Below, in pieces: positions 49,353 to 64,000 of a stretch of 64,000 nt of DNA. A model generated the notes under the pieces. The model had not been told where the DNA came from. It made no database searches and saw nothing but the letters and a program-made list of their open reading frames with translations. The position numbers and the translations under genes were made by a program. How positions within the stretch are numbered: the first letter of the stretch is position 1; the number at the start of each line of letters is the position of its first letter. The DNA is from Eledone cirrhosa (lineage: Eukaryota), in assembly GCA_964016885.1 (NCBI GenBank), contig OZ024746.1, positions 50,902,001 through 50,966,000 on the forward strand, read 5' to 3'.

Positions 49353-49462
49353 TATGGTGAACTAACTGTTGTGTAACCACTTCTACCTAACTCGTCCCTT
49401 GGACTGAGTGCTCTACCACTACGGATATTACCTTCCAGTGTTCCACCACTATATATATATAA

Positions 49463-50188
49463 GCTAAAAAGCTTTCTCCGATATTGTATTTATTTATTTA
49501 CTCTTGGTGCAACAGATTTGAAATTTCCGGTATAAGGTTAGGCTTTCTTTGTTTATTTTTTTATATATGAATATTGATTGTTTCTTATATCTCATTCTGT
49601 TATTTTGCCCGAGAAAATATCTGTGTGTGTCATCAAATGTTGTACACACATAGATATTTTTTCAATTTCCAATTGAGTTCTAGCACGTGGCCTGAATTCC
49701 TTTTAGAGTTCATCGTCATGCGCATGTATTGTTTTTTTTTGGCGGTAATTTACTTCCTCATTTTTGAATCAGTTTGAGCATTTCTTTAGAACTGCTGGAC
49801 TAGCAACCTGACAGATACCTCAGGCACTGATGATGATTATCGCTAAATACTGATGTTGGTTAGATTATCAATATTAGTATTATTGGGGCACCCACTGATG
49901 AATTATAGGAGCCCACTTGAATATATATCTATTGATGGTATACAAGCTCCTACATAAATTGGAATAATTTCACCCAAATTGTAGGAATCCTATAATGAAA
50001 CGAGACGTCCGTCTGGGAAGAGATATATTCGATATGTCTCATATGAAATAATACAGCCAATTTTCCAGGCAATACTTTTAGTTAGCACTCCGAACGCATA
50101 ATTAGGAATTTAATCACTTATTTCCTAATGTTTGTTGAGTGAGTTGGAATTTGGCCGGAGTATCGCTAAAAAGCTTTCTCCGATATTG

Positions 50189-50195
<7 letters not shown>
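49463..50195 (+). mobile_element. 702-bp terminally redundant non-coding unit with hammerhead (retrozyme-like family C)
   Basis: GCTAAAAAGCTTTCTCCGATATTGTATTTAT at 49463 and 50165; (TA)n on both sides. Confidence 0.65.
49891..50017 (+). ncRNA. Type I hammerhead with a large insertion in loop II
   Basis: CCCA-CTGATGA-ATTATAGGA..(77 nt)..TCCTATAAT-GAAA-CG(AGACGTC)CG-TC-TGGG. Confidence 0.85.
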
Positions 50196-50246
<51 letters not shown>

Positions 50247-50490
50247 TTTTATCTGGTGTCAATTGTCTACGGGGATCTTTTTTCCATTGAGGCAATTCTT
50301 GCTGGTTTGTATCTTCTTGGCCAGGTGAGACAGAAGCTATAAAGGTCATATCTATAACATGAGAGGTTGTATAATAAATAGCATTGCAGAGATGTCACTA
50401 CACCCATCAATCAACATAGATTTTATAGTGGTTAAATGTATGGATGTGGTGCCCCTCCATTGACTCCCTTAGGACAATGACTATCTAGAC

Positions 50491-51203
50491 CAGAGGTTCT
50501 CAAAGTGGGCGCTTCCGCCCCATCCCGGGGGGAGGGGGGGGGGGCTGGAGCCTGAGGTGGTGGCGAAGGGGCGGTGGAGATAATATAATAGTATATTGAA
50601 TATCAAATATCAAATGATACAGATTATATATAAATATAGTAAAATATAGTGATAAGTAAATAAACACATAAATAAATAAACACACACACACACGGATATA
50701 ATGCATGAGTAAACTAAGCACATAACACAAAACGCACCAAAACAAGATGGTGTAGGATAGAACAAAGGAGAGACACAAAATAAAAACCTAGTCACTGAGG
50801 AGGTCACAGAATGAGTGACGAAATAGCTTTGACAATATATAAACAACATTCCGGTTATCGAACCAACCAGGCAACCAACCAACCAACCAACCGGAAACTT
50901 ATAATACATTGAAGTGAAAACCAATAGGAGCGTGTGTTTTTATTGGCAACATGACCCTCCCAAAGTATAACAATATCTGTTTCAACACACGTTTTCAGAC
51001 AAGAAATCTCGCAAAACAAATTCAAAAACAAATATATTATATTATTTATTATATATAAATTAAGGATTTTATTTATTATATATTATTTACAATTTGTATG
51101 TAGGCAGGTCTCTCTGGAAATAGGGGTGGGGGCGTTGAGCGTATTGCGTGGCCGTGAGGGGCGGGAGGGGGGTCGATGGGCAAAACAAGTTTGAGAACCT
51201 CTG
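50491..51203. mobile_element. hAT (Charlie-like) MITE containing a nested PLE tail with hammerhead 50791-50833
   Basis: Perfect 14-bp TIR CAGAGGTTCTCAAA and perfect 8-bp TSD ATCTAGAC (50483-50490, 51204-51211). Confidence 0.9.
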
Positions 51204-51211
51204 ATCTAGAC

Positions 51212-52550
51212 AGACATGACTTTAGTTAGAAGCTTCTGTCCCACCAGGCCAGAGAGAGACTAACCAAGAACTATTACCTCAATGGCATAACAATGCATGT
51301 ATCCCTGCAATCCGTCACCAGTTGAGGAAAATGAGTGTTCATGCGATTGAGGCAAGTATAAGAACAATAGTGAAGGGCCACATTTTCAAGTTCAATGACA
51401 AAACATATGTCCAAGAAAAGAGGATGGCCATCGAAGTCAGCATTGCTAGCGACGTAGTCAATTTGTTATGCCATGGTGGGACAGGAGAAAACTTAGAGAA
51501 GGCTTAGTGGGAACTCCTTTGCATTGACTATGTACTTCCGCTACGTAGATGAAGGCACCCCACAGGATGACGTTTAGGTATTAGGGTTCTCTTGCAAGTA
51601 ACAGAAACGGTCGTGCAGGAGAAATAATTAAAGAGCACCGATAGGAATTCAAAGAGAAGAAAACCTGGTCAGTGCTCTACAAGCACACTAAACTAGAACA
51701 TGGTGGCTCTCTGGAAAATATGAAGGTGAAAATTATATCTACATCGAGGGCCGACACAATATTCAAACGGTTAAAGAATCCACCCATATAGCAGAAAGTA
51801 AACCCACCTCCAATAGAAAGAATGAATGGAATAGCAACAATACCACAACCTAGTGAGTGATGACAAATATTACGATACATAGAAATAAATACACAGGGCT
51901 GCGCACAGGCATATAAACAGACCCTTAATAGAAAGCAGTAACAGAATACTAACAATCCCACGACCCAGTGGCGGGTGACAAAAGTCTTACGACACATAGG
52001 AATGGATACACAGGAAAACATAGACAGATACAGCAGTTAACGTAGAGATGTGATTGAGTGTATATACATGCACGCATGTAGATAGATAAGGTCATACGAA
52101 GGCTGGTGAGAAATCGTCAGTGTAAATGATTACTCTATGTATGAAGATAAAGAAGAAAATACAGAGAAACTTACACACATAACCACGTATGCACATACCA
52201 CACATAAACTTGCGGGGACAGCAATATATAAATACACACACATACACACAGAGACACTCACATGCACACAGAGACACACACGCGCTCTCACACAAACATA
52301 CACTTATGCATATGTCCCCATCACACTACAGAAAGACTAGATGAAAATACTACAGCAACATCTAAAAGGAGAGGAGACAGAGAAGGCCAAACTAGTCATT
52401 GAGAAGGTTACAGAATGAATGACAAAAGAGCTTTGACAATTAAACACCCATACGATTACTTAACCAACTGATTAATGGATTAGATACCTGATTAATATTA
52501 AAAACCGAAGCGAAACACTGTGTTTTTATTGACCTTAAAAAATACATACA
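51212..52550 (+). mobile_element. Old decayed PLE (RT, EN tail, terminal repeat)
   Basis: HIFKFNDKTYVQEKRMAIEVSIASDVVNL..MYFRYVDE; degenerate hammerhead near 52395-52437; its tail is copied inverted at 53130-53250. Confidence 0.6.
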
Positions 52551-52566
52551 TCTCTCTCTTTCTCTC

Positions 52567-52608
<42 letters not shown>

Positions 52609-52788
52609 ACGAAGGCTTGAGTTCTGCGGTCGGGGTCATGAACATTTTCCTATATATATATGTAGATAAATCTATGAAAATCATAGGAAAACAGAGTCAA
52701 GATAAATTAATAAAAACAATGAATAAAAACAAAGAACAAGTTCCTTATAATATAAGTAGTAACACAACAGTTAGTTCACCATATCAGT

Positions 52789-52827
52789 CCGAGCTGAAGA
52801 TCCGCAAGGTGAAACAATTGTTCTCGG
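52789..52827 (+). ncRNA. Minimal type I hammerhead flanked by a 30-bp inverted repeat
   Basis: CCGAG-CTGAAGA-TCC(GCAA)GGT-GAAA-C-AATT-G-TT-CTCGG; arms 52754-52783 / 52828-52857. Confidence 0.82.
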
Positions 52828-52931
52828 TATGGTGAACTAACTGTTGTGTTACTACTTCTACCAAACTCGTCGCATGGACTGAGTGCTCTACTACTACGGA
52901 TATAACCCTCCAGTGTCCTACCTTTATATAT

Positions 52932-53062
<131 letters not shown>

Positions 53063-53269
53063 CGTGCGTGTGTGTGTGTGAGAGAGAGATAGTATGTGTG
53101 TGTGTTTGTGTGTATAGCGAGAGAGAAAGAGAGAGATGTATGTATTTGTTAAGGTCAATAAAAACACATTGAGTTTCGGTTTATTATTAGTCAGGTATCT
53201 AATCCATTAATCAGTTGGTTAAGTAACCGGGTGGTTGTTTAATTGTCATATATATATATATATATATAT

Positions 53270-55226
53270 AGTAAAACATTGAACGGGAACAAAATAGAGA
53301 GGCAGTACGAACAAAGTTTATTAGTTTCACTCTTGAGAGTGGGGTGGTGGTGGGAACGACGTTTCGGGCATAAGCCCTTCTTCGGGTGAAAAGTGTATGG
53401 GAAGAGAGTTCCAAGGGTGTGTAGGGGAGTGGTGGAGAGACATATGGAAAAAGAGGGTGAGAGGAAACGGTACAAATGAAATTAAATATAAAAGCATTAT
53501 AAAAATAAAAATAAGCATGAAGTAAAACAGGTGGTGGAAGGGTGTGGGGCGTGTAGGGCTGGTGGCGGGTGGAGTGGGGAGAAGCAGGGGGGTCTCCTAG
53601 CGGGGAGGGCTGAAGGTGGTGTGTGTGTAGGTGTACGTGTGTGTGTGTGTGTGTGTCTGTGTTTATGTGAAAGTAAGAGTTGGGGGAAGAACGGGGTTGC
53701 ATGTTCAGGAAGAGGTGTGTGTGGGGTGGGGTGTAAGTCGGAGTATGTGTGCGTGTGTGGATGGGGAGGGGTCAGAGTGGTGGGGCGAGAGAATTCCGGA
53801 GGCTGAGTGTGTAAATATGTGTTGGTACGCACGTGTGTGTATGGTGTTTATGCGTGTTGTGGATGTAGGTGGCGTGTGGGAAAAAAAATGTTTGAGTATA
53901 TGTCAGTGGATGAGTCCTGAAGGTAGTTCCGTAGAGGATGTGGTGGAATGCTGGGTAATATCCTTGGGATGTGGTGGATTCTAGGGATCGATGTTCACAT
54001 ATGTGTAATCCGTGAAGAGATTTGTCGGAAGAGGGGAGTTGTGGGGTGCGCGCGCAACAGGAAGTGGTCAGAGGGTCAAGGCAGGAGGAGGGTAGTGTGT
54101 CTGTGTGTGCGGGGAGGTGGTCAGAGATAAGGGCATAGCAGCAGTCGGGTAGAATGGTAAGTGAAGAAAGTCGGTGTGTCAGTGTGTGCGGAGGTGCGGT
54201 GGACAGGGGAGAGGATGGGTAGGTGTGAAAGTTGGAGTGAGGAGGTGGTGTGTGTGCATTAGTAGAGGTGTTAGTGGGATGTGTGTGTGTGTGTGAGAAA
54301 GGGTGTGGGTGGAGCGGGGAGAGAAGGGTGTGGGGGCCGGTGGAGGGAGTGTAGTGTACTGGTGTGTGTGTGTGTGTGTTTGGATGAGTGTGTGTGTGGT
54401 GAAGGGGATGTTAGTAGGTGTTAGTATACTGGAGGTGGGGAAAGGGTTGAATGCGGGTGTGAGTGGGGGTCAGTGGTGGTAGGGTGTGTAGAGTTGGTGG
54501 TGTAAGAGGGTGTGTGTGTTCGTGTGCGTAGGGTTGGGGGTGTTAGTGATGTTAGTTGCGTGTAGAGTGGGTGGTGTAATGGTGTAAGTGGGTGTGTGTG
54601 TTCGTGTGCTTGGGGTCGGGGGGTGTTAGTGATGTTAGTTGCGGGGGTGGTGGGTGGATGTGTGGGGGTGAGGGTTAGTGGTGGTAGTATGGTGTGTGTT
54701 TAGTGTGAGCGCGTGTATATATGTACCGGTGTGTGTGTGCGTGTGATAAGGAGAGGGGGGAGAAGAAGGGAGGGATGTTAGTATGTTAGTTGGGGAAGGG
54801 TGGTCGGGTGTGGGGTGGAGGTGTTAGTATTGTTAGTTGTGGGGTGGGTGGTGAAAAGGAGGGGTGTGTTAGTGGTGTTAGTGGTGTTAGTGGTGTTAGT
54901 GGGGGATATGTGTGTGTGTGTGGGGGGGGGGGTAGAAGGCTAAAGGAATAAGGGTAGGGAGTTCAGGCCGGGGGGAGTGTGGGTCTGTAGGGTGAAGATG
55001 GTTCGTTGTTTGACCCTGAGGAGAGTGGCGGGTGTTCCGTGGCATAGGAGTAGGCCACAGACTGTGAGGTGGTGTGCGGAATGTCCAGGGGCACCAAAGT
55101 GGCGGGCGATGGGGGAACTACCACCGAGACGAATATCTCGGAGGTGTTCAGTAAACCGGTCCGCCAGGCGACGTCCAGTCTGTCCAACGTAGGTCGCGTA
55201 GACTAGGTTGGAGGAGGTGCAGCGGA

Positions 55227-55229
<3 letters not shown>
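53270..55229 (-). mobile_element. Neptune-like PLE 3' fragment: GIY-YIG remnant, long C/A-rich 3' UTR, hammerhead-like motif about 53355-53390
   Basis: FRCTSSNLVYA/TYVGQTGRRLADRFTEHLRDI..IARHFGAPGHS..LTVCGL..IFTLQTHTPPGLN; CCGAAGA-AGGGC(TTAT)GCCC-GAAACGTC. Tail fragments also at 7350-7430 and 38030-38105. Confidence 0.8.
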
Positions 55230-55278
<49 letters not shown>

Positions 55279-55799
55279 TTAAAAATCGGAACAGTCGGAA
55301 CAGTATATGGAAGGAATATATTAGGTTAACGCTTGAAATAGCAGGAAGAGGTTCTTAACGTTTCGGACGCTAGTCCTTCATCAGAAAAAAGAATAAGAAA
55401 TTAGATATATTGACGTGTCGGGCGGGATGGAATTGGAAAAAAATGTCTTTAGATAAAAATAACAGGTCCATTCATGTTGACATCTCTTGCAAAACTGTTG
55501 ATGCTGTTGTTTTGTGTATGATATATTTTTTTAGAAAAGTGGATGATGGAGCGCATCTACTTGAAATGGAAAAAAAAAACCGTTTTCTATATAGAGCTAT
55601 ACTTGTGAGCGCGCGTGTGTGTGCGTGCGTGTGCGTATGTACGCATACACGCACATATATGGAAAATTATAATAAAGATTTGAAGATGCATCTAATGTTC
55701 TATATTTACATGCAATGTTAAAGTATACAAAGAAAAGAAATTTGTTCATACAAAATAAATTATAGTTTTTTTAAAGACTTATATAGATGAGTTTACTGA

Positions 55800-57350
55800 A
55801 ATAGTTGTTTCTACTTTTGGCACAAGGCCAGCAATTATCAGTGCATTACTGGTACTTTATTTTATCGACCCCGTAAGAATGAAAGGCAAAGTTAACCTCG
55901 GCGGGATTCGAACTCAGAATGGCAAGGGCCGTAACTCTATACGTCAAAGCATGGCGTCCGACCCTCTACCGATACTGCCAATACTGAAATAGTAATAATT
56001 AATTATTATACTAACCGATTTCGTTATGAGTAGCTTTTCAAAGTTGCATTTTAATTTGTGCTGGTGTTGAATATACTTTACATGTGTTATTTTGTACCAC
56101 TTATATCCATTCCAAATCAAGGGAAGCAATTCTGGTTATACTATGAAAGGAATTACATGCCGCATGCTACTTGCTGACCTAGAACGTGTTTAGGTTCGGT
56201 TTGTATTTAGTCATGAAGTATATTTCCTTATTAATACACTATTGTTCCATTGTTGAATTTCTACATTGATAGAATAGGAAAACGTCGAAATTTGGCAAGG
56301 TTCGTCCCTGTAACTCAGTATACGTTGACTCAGTGGGATTTTTCTTGTGTACAGTTCTAATTTGTTGACAGTATATTGTCATCTTTTGTCAGAGTGTCAG
56401 ATCTGCTTGACCAATGTAGTGTTTATGGTAACCTTTACATGCTATAATATATATTAAATTATATGAGCTACAGGAGAAGTTGTTTTTACCTTAAAATATA
56501 GGTTCTTCTTTGAAATACAATTCGGGACCTCTAATAAATAGCTGCGTACTCCGCCGTTTGGTTGGTTGCATTTATTAACTTCAGGATCTTCATGACCTTC
56601 AGTCCCTTAGTAGAATGGGTAGGTCTGATTGTAAGTGCATATAGATTTCGGTGTTCTTTGAATAGAAAGTCAAAATATAGGATATAACCTTTTTTCTTTC
56701 TTTTGATTTTGTTTCTCGGAGTCTCACCATACCAATTTGTATTGATTTTTGGTTAAATTGAGAGGATAATTCCACTTGGTGAGTATTTTCTCATTTTTCA
56801 TATTCTGTGATTTCTTGTTGGAATTTAGGCTATTCTTATTCTGCATGGCTCAGACTGGTCTACCTAATTATGAGTACTACGTGTGTTAATATAACTTGTT
56901 CTGTTTTGTTTACTATATATTCTACTATGCGTGTGGTATGCTAATATATTGGGTATTAAGTCTTGGAATAGCGGTGGATTAGCAGTATCGGTAGGAACGT
57001 CAGACACCATGCTTTGCAGCATAGAGTTATAGCCCTTTATGTTCTAAGTTCAAATCAGCCGTGGTTAACTTTGCCTTTCATCCTTACGGGATCGATAAAA
57101 TAAAGCACCAGTAATGTACTGGGATAATTCTTGGCCTTGTGCCAAAAGTAGAAATAATTATGTTTTAGATTGGCAGTATCGGTAGAGGTTCGAACGCCAT
57201 GCTTTGCAGCATAGAGTTACACCTCTTTATGTTCTGAGTTCAAATCAGCTGAGGTTAGCTTTGCCTTTCATTCTTACGAGGTTGATAAAACAAAATACTA
57301 GTAATGTACTGGGATAATTGCTGGCCTTGTGCCAGAAGTAGAAACAATTA
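55800..57350. mobile_element. SINE copies at 55800-55982 (-), 56970-57160 (+) and 57165-57350 (+)
   Basis: Match to the SINE consensus. Confidence 0.85.
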
Positions 57351-57796
57351 TGTCTGTGTTCACATGCATCTCTATAGACATGTGTGATCTTGTGTGTGTG
57401 CGTATATATAATATATATAATTAACATATGTAGAATGTCTTGTCTGTTGTAGGTTTTTATACATGTTGTAGGTTTTTATACATGTTGTAGGTTTTTATAC
57501 ATGTGCATGTAACAATGCATGCGTGGTTGTGTAGATACGTGTCTATGTGCATATGTTTGTATGTGTGTGTATGTATGTGTGTGCTTGTGTGTGGGTATAT
57601 GGGCGAACGATTTTTTTTTGTTCTATTAAACAATTACTTTAGCAGGATTTATTAAATTATGCAGGGGAATTAACTGTGTTAGTATACAATAATGTATGAG
57701 AAGAGTTGTTTCCCTTAGATGTCGGCTCACCGAGAGCAACGCTGAAACGAGGAATTGTCAACACGTAGCGAGGTGCTTTGGCACTGCATATATTAT

Positions 57797-57862
<66 letters not shown>

Positions 57863-57928
57863 GGAATAGAATGAAACGAAATTTCATTTCTCACTCTTAG
57901 TACGGCACTTACTTAAATGTATGTATGT

Positions 57929-60900
57929 GTTTTCTCTTTCTCTTAATTTCGAGTATATTTTTTTGACCGGCCACCTTCCTGGTGGCAAGGTTGTAAAAGA
58001 AAAGAAATTGTCATCCCTTGAATCGCAAGAATGTTTTGCATATTTTGAAGGTGCCAGCTATCGCAGCCATTTGTAGACTATGAATTAGGGAGCTGCGCTT
58101 TTTGTCCGCAAATCCAAGTTCGGTCATACTTTGGTCCAAGAGGGTTGGTATATAACCCGTAGCACCAATAATGATGGGTATGAAGCTAAAGGTGTATCTT
58201 GGATACTGGATTTGTAAGCTCCTCATCAATGGTCCGTAGATGTCCTCCTTCTCCTGTATTTTTCTGACAACGTTTACATCAAGTGGGCAGCTGATCTCCA
58301 CAACAGAACACGTTTTCAATGTGTGGTCCCAAACTACAATATCAGGCCGGTTGTGCTTTAATTTGGTGGCTGTTTTTATTTTCAGGTTCCACCAGTATTC
58401 CTTAGTGCCATCTGTCTCAATATATTCTTCCTCGTTTGTTGTTAATTTTGTTTTCCGAAGTGCGTTCCAGATGGTTCTAGCTATCCCATCGTGTCTCATG
58501 GGGAGGTAGTAGCGAGATGACATTCTTTCGCAGCTGGCAACAATGTGGCTTACATCCTCGATCTTTGTTTTACATAGCCTACATTTATTGTCAGCTGCTG
58601 GCCCTCCTCTTTTGTGCAGCAGATATTTGGTAGGGAGTTCTTGTTCCTGTATTGCATAGAGATATCCCTCAAGGTGTGATGTCATAAACTTGTCGGAACT
58701 CCATGCCAGGCTTTTTGAGTGGTTTATCCCCTCTATGGTCTGTGTTTTACGTCTCAAGTATCCATGCACAACTTTCTCTGTAAATTGGTCAATTTTTTTT
58801 TCTTGTTTGAACATTGAATAGGATCTTCCGATTTCTCTGGGTGAGAGATTTATATCAGGCTTTATTCCATATCTCTCCTCCAGATCAGTCGCTATTCTAA
58901 TGATATTTCTTTTTTCATGCTCATAAACCTGAGCAAGATGGTCGCCAACCTTTTTCCTCTGTTGAAGGTGTTGCTTCAGTGTTACTATCCGGGTCTCATA
59001 TGTTGTTAATATTGATTTTAGACCCCGGCCACCTTCCTTGCGTGAGAAGTATAGCCTATCCACATCACCATTGATGTTAAAGTTCCCAGTAACACTGAGA
59101 AGTTTTCGAGTTCTAACATCCATCTCACTTAGTTCTTGCAATGACCAGTTCAGTAGGCCAAATGTTGGCGTTAGAATTGGCACAGCATAGGTATTGTGGG
59201 CAATGTATTTGTTGTATGCTGACAGTTCTGATGACCATATTTTTTTTACTCTTCTGAGGTATTCAGTTCTGGTTCTCTCCTTATTTATGGGTCCATCATA
59301 TCTGACATTCTCATCCTGTCCAAGATATCTGTAGTTGTCACCTGACTGCAGAGGTTGTATTGTCAGGCCGTTCATATCTAGATTTCTAGAGGAGGGCACA
59401 GCTCTTCCACGTTTTACTGCCAAATATGCACACTTGGACTCACCAAATTTCATTTTGATGTCGGTTGAAAATTGTGTAATGAGGTCCAATTGTTTCTTGA
59501 TGTCATTGATATTTGGCCCATACAACTTCAGGTCATCAACAAAGAAAAGATGGGAGATACTTCTGGGCCCACTTCTTTGTCCACCTTGTTTCCTGAGTAG
59601 GTAAGATAGTGGATTCAGTGAGAGAACGAAGAGTAGTACTGACAAGCTATCACCCTGAAAGATGCCCTTCTGGTAATGTATCCTATCAGTCTTAACCTGC
59701 TCCTTCTCACCTCTAAGGATCAAATTGGTGTACCAGTTCTTGGTCAGGCGTTCAACAGCAGCTACTAATGGTTGTGGGACTTTAGCTAACTGTAAAGCCT
59801 TAATAATCCACCCATGAGGTACACTATCAAATGCTTTTTGATAGTCCAGCCACACGACAGTCATGTTTCTGCGATTCTTTGTTGTTTTTTCCTGAATCAT
59901 TTTGTTAGTTAGTAGGTGATCTATGCAACCCTACACCTCCCTCTTTCCACCAGCTTGCTCAGGTGTTATGATGTTGTTGGTAGCATAGTGATCCTGTAAG
60001 AACAGGTTAAGGCACCCAGTATATAATTTATACATGATGTTTTGGCAGGCAATTGGGCGGTAATTTTTAGCAAGGGTGGTTTGGCTATTTTTGGGAATGA
60101 GGAGAGTAGTGGCAGTTGATAACCATCTGGGCAGTTCTTGTGTGCCCTTAATGGTTTCTGTAAACAGCCGTATGAGATCTTGCCGATAGAAAAGGAAATT
60201 CTTCAACCAGTATCCTGTAATGAGGTCTGGGCCTGGCGATTTCCTATTCGACATTTTCTGTAGAGCTGTTTCCAGTATTGACCCATCTATGTCATATTGT
60301 TTTGTCTGGACATGTTGGCAGTAGTCCTGTTCCAGTTGTTTTAGCCAATTAGCTTGTCTGTTGAATCCGTCATCCGTTTCCCATACAGATCTCCAGTAGT
60401 TCTCAACCTGTTCTTTTGAAGGGGTGTCGTTTACAGGGATTGAGCTTTTGCCACCGAAGCTGCGATAAACTGATTTAGGATCTCTGGCAAACAATCTATT
60501 TAGCACTTGTCGTTTATGGGCTGTTGACTTATATTTTAGTCTTTCTGTTGTAGCTGTGAGTTGTTGTTTCAACTGGTGTAATTTGGAGTTCAAAGTTTTA
60601 AATTTGGTATCTCCAAATCGTCTCTCTAACTTTTTCTTTAGGTCTTCCTGGTGTCGTGTGAAGTTTCTCTCTATGTTGCATTTCATAACGACTGCGATGT
60701 GTGAGATACTTCGTCTCAGGGACAAAATTTTGGTTTTTAAATTTCGCATCCACGCTGGTTCAGGCTTTCTGTTTGTATCTTGATTGCGTGGTTTTAGATG
60801 TGTGTTATATGATAGCAATGTGACAGCTGAAACATATAACAAAACATTGAGCGTTTCAAATGTCGTTTCTACACCTTTAGATCGTATAGCCTTCAGATAA

Positions 60901-62152
60901 TTGCCAGCTATTTCGTTCACCGCTTCCAATTCCAATTTAGTGGGTTCTTTACTGACTCTAGTGTTGTATGGTCTGTCACTCACATTAAGGCTGTGTATCT
61001 CTTGAAACATATCGTTCCATATCACTTGTAGGGTGCCCACAAGTTTTTGGTGCTCTGTTTGTTCAGTAGAGTCATGAATTGCAGCCTCGTTGTTGATGTG
61101 GTGACAATTACTACTAGAGTCAGCTGACCTTTCTCGCTGTTCTTCAGTGGAAGTGGGATGGATTTCAGCAAAATTGTTGGTGAGCTGTTCACTGTTAGAT
61201 TTAGCTGGCCATTCTCTTTGTCTGTCAGTGGAGGTGGGGTGGTTGTCTACAAGGGCTGTATTTGTAGTATCACTCGATTCCGTTAGATGTATCAATTTAC
61301 ATCTAATGATACGTTTTGCCTGTTCATTTAGATGCTTTGGAGAAAAGTCTAATTCTGGGTGTTTGGAGTTCCATAAAGTTTTTAGCCTTTGCATAAAACC
61401 GAACTTTTGGGGTTCAGATTGTTTGTATGCTTCATATAATTCTTTGTTAAGCTCGTAGCTCCACTGTATACAACGGTTGTAATTGCGATTTGGTCGAAGG
61501 AGACTTGTACTTTTTGCCATAATGAGTTCGTCTATTCACTAATATTTTGTATTTATTTTTTTTTAAATAGTCGATAATCTTCTTTAAAAGTTACGACAAA
61601 GTTCTGTCAGAATCAAATTTAAAGTTATTCACAGCTTGGGTAATATTTCTTTTCAGTTAGTTTTTAATTCTACAACTGTGTTTTAAACGTTGTTCTTGAA
61701 TCGTTTGAATCGAGAACAAAACGAACCGTTACTTAGTATATTCCTTTACGAATGTAATATAATATAACAACGCTGTATTTATATGTTAAAGTTTATGTAT
61801 CATTCATATAAATAGGTGTTCTACAACATATTCACAACATTCACAGTCTGAATCGAAAACGTTACTTTATATTTCTTTATAAATGTAATATAACAACGCT
61901 GCATTTATATGTTAAAGTATATGTATCGTTCATATATCATAAGTGTATGTATCGTTCATATAAATAGGTGTTTTACAACACACTTACAGTTCAAACACTT
62001 ATGTAGAATTATTGTATGTAATCTTACCGCGTAATGTAGCTCAACTTTTTCCAATATATGGTATGTTGCCTTCATGTAAGCCGTAATTACACACGTCCGA
62101 TTATCGGACACTGACCACAACGGTCGCCATTATGTATGATCTTCTTTAAAAG
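57929..62152 (-). mobile_element. Apparently full-length R4/Dong-clade non-LTR retrotransposon inserted in (CATA)n
   Basis: About 630-nt 5' UTR, single ORF, about 80-nt 3' UTR; ATGTATGT repeats on both flanks. Confidence 0.88.
58011..61520 (-). pseudogene. RT plus CCHC knuckle plus restriction-like endonuclease ORF with one in-frame stop (59931-59933)
   Basis: The 529-aa and 629-aa ORFs share a frame (GGKREV*GCIDHLL). KSPGPD, YRPIAC, WLDYQKAFDSVPH, GIFQGDSLS, LFFVDDLKLY, CRLC..H..C, RHD, RPDIV..VEISCP..EK. Confidence 0.93.
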
Positions 62153-63587
<1,435 letters not shown>

Positions 63588-63689
63588 ATATATATGTATA
63601 TATATGTATATATATGTATATATATATATAAATACATATATTATTCAAAATATTAATAAATGAATACGTTCACATAATCAAAATATATG

Positions 63690-63751
63690 TTTTATTATAT
63701 ATATTTCGGAGGTACTGTGCTGTTTTTTCAGTACGCCCTCATCAGATAAAA
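63690..63751 (-). ncRNA. Minimal type I hammerhead ribozyme
   Basis: TTTTAT-CTGATGA-GGGCGTACTG..CAGTACCTCC-GAAA-T-ATAT-A-TA-ATAAAA. Confidence 0.82.
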
Positions 63752-64000
63752 TATATGAATTGATAACTGTCTTGATGGTTCAATTCCAGTCTTGGTAGTG
63801 ATTTATTACAACAAATCTCAATATTTATATACACAAATAATAACATGATAAACTTAAATATGATGAAGAAGAGGATGGTCGGGTCCTCGGCGACTAAACC
63901 GGCAATCCCACCTAGTTTACTTGGTGAGGATGGTGATTTTGGACACCCTGCAGGACAAAAAACAAAACCTGACAAAGAGCGGAAGAACTCATAAGAGTCA

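Noticed and set aside
49825-49870. Extra CTGATGA upstream of the family C hammerhead
   Set aside because: No matching GAAA or stem III at a suitable position.
61520-62152. HDV-like ribozyme at the 5' end of the R4 element
   Set aside because: Small hairpins are present but I could not assemble the nested pseudoknot; needs a descriptor search.

Overview
AT-rich, microsatellite-dense animal DNA. The SINE families and (TA)n/(CA)n/(TATG)n load suggest a cephalopod (octopus-like) genome; this is inference. The only host gene I can support is a single-exon ABHD15-like alpha/beta-hydrolase (32203-33390, +). The rest is mobile DNA: several Penelope-like elements (Naiad-like RT plus C-terminal GIY-YIG; one Neptune-like fragment), an R4/Dong-clade LINE broken by one stop codon, RTE and CRE fragments, a non-autonomous Helitron, hAT MITEs and about 25 copies of a tRNA-derived SINE. 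Read by eye, the window holds roughly 28 type I hammerhead ribozyme motifs (some degenerate) from many sequence families. The strongest result is a set of non-coding, head-to-tail, circularly permuted ~465-nt units that each carry one hammerhead (retrozyme-like). Two divergent families of these share an octamer ATGCAAAT upstream of the ribozyme and the same 3' insertion breakpoint into (TA)n, and one copy is fused directly to a young Naiad-like ORF. A 702-nt terminally redundant hammerhead unit and a 291-nt permuted unit carrying a tRNA-like module instead of a recognisable ribozyme have the same architecture. All structures and alignments were made by eye. Ribozyme activity, expression and novelty are untested.
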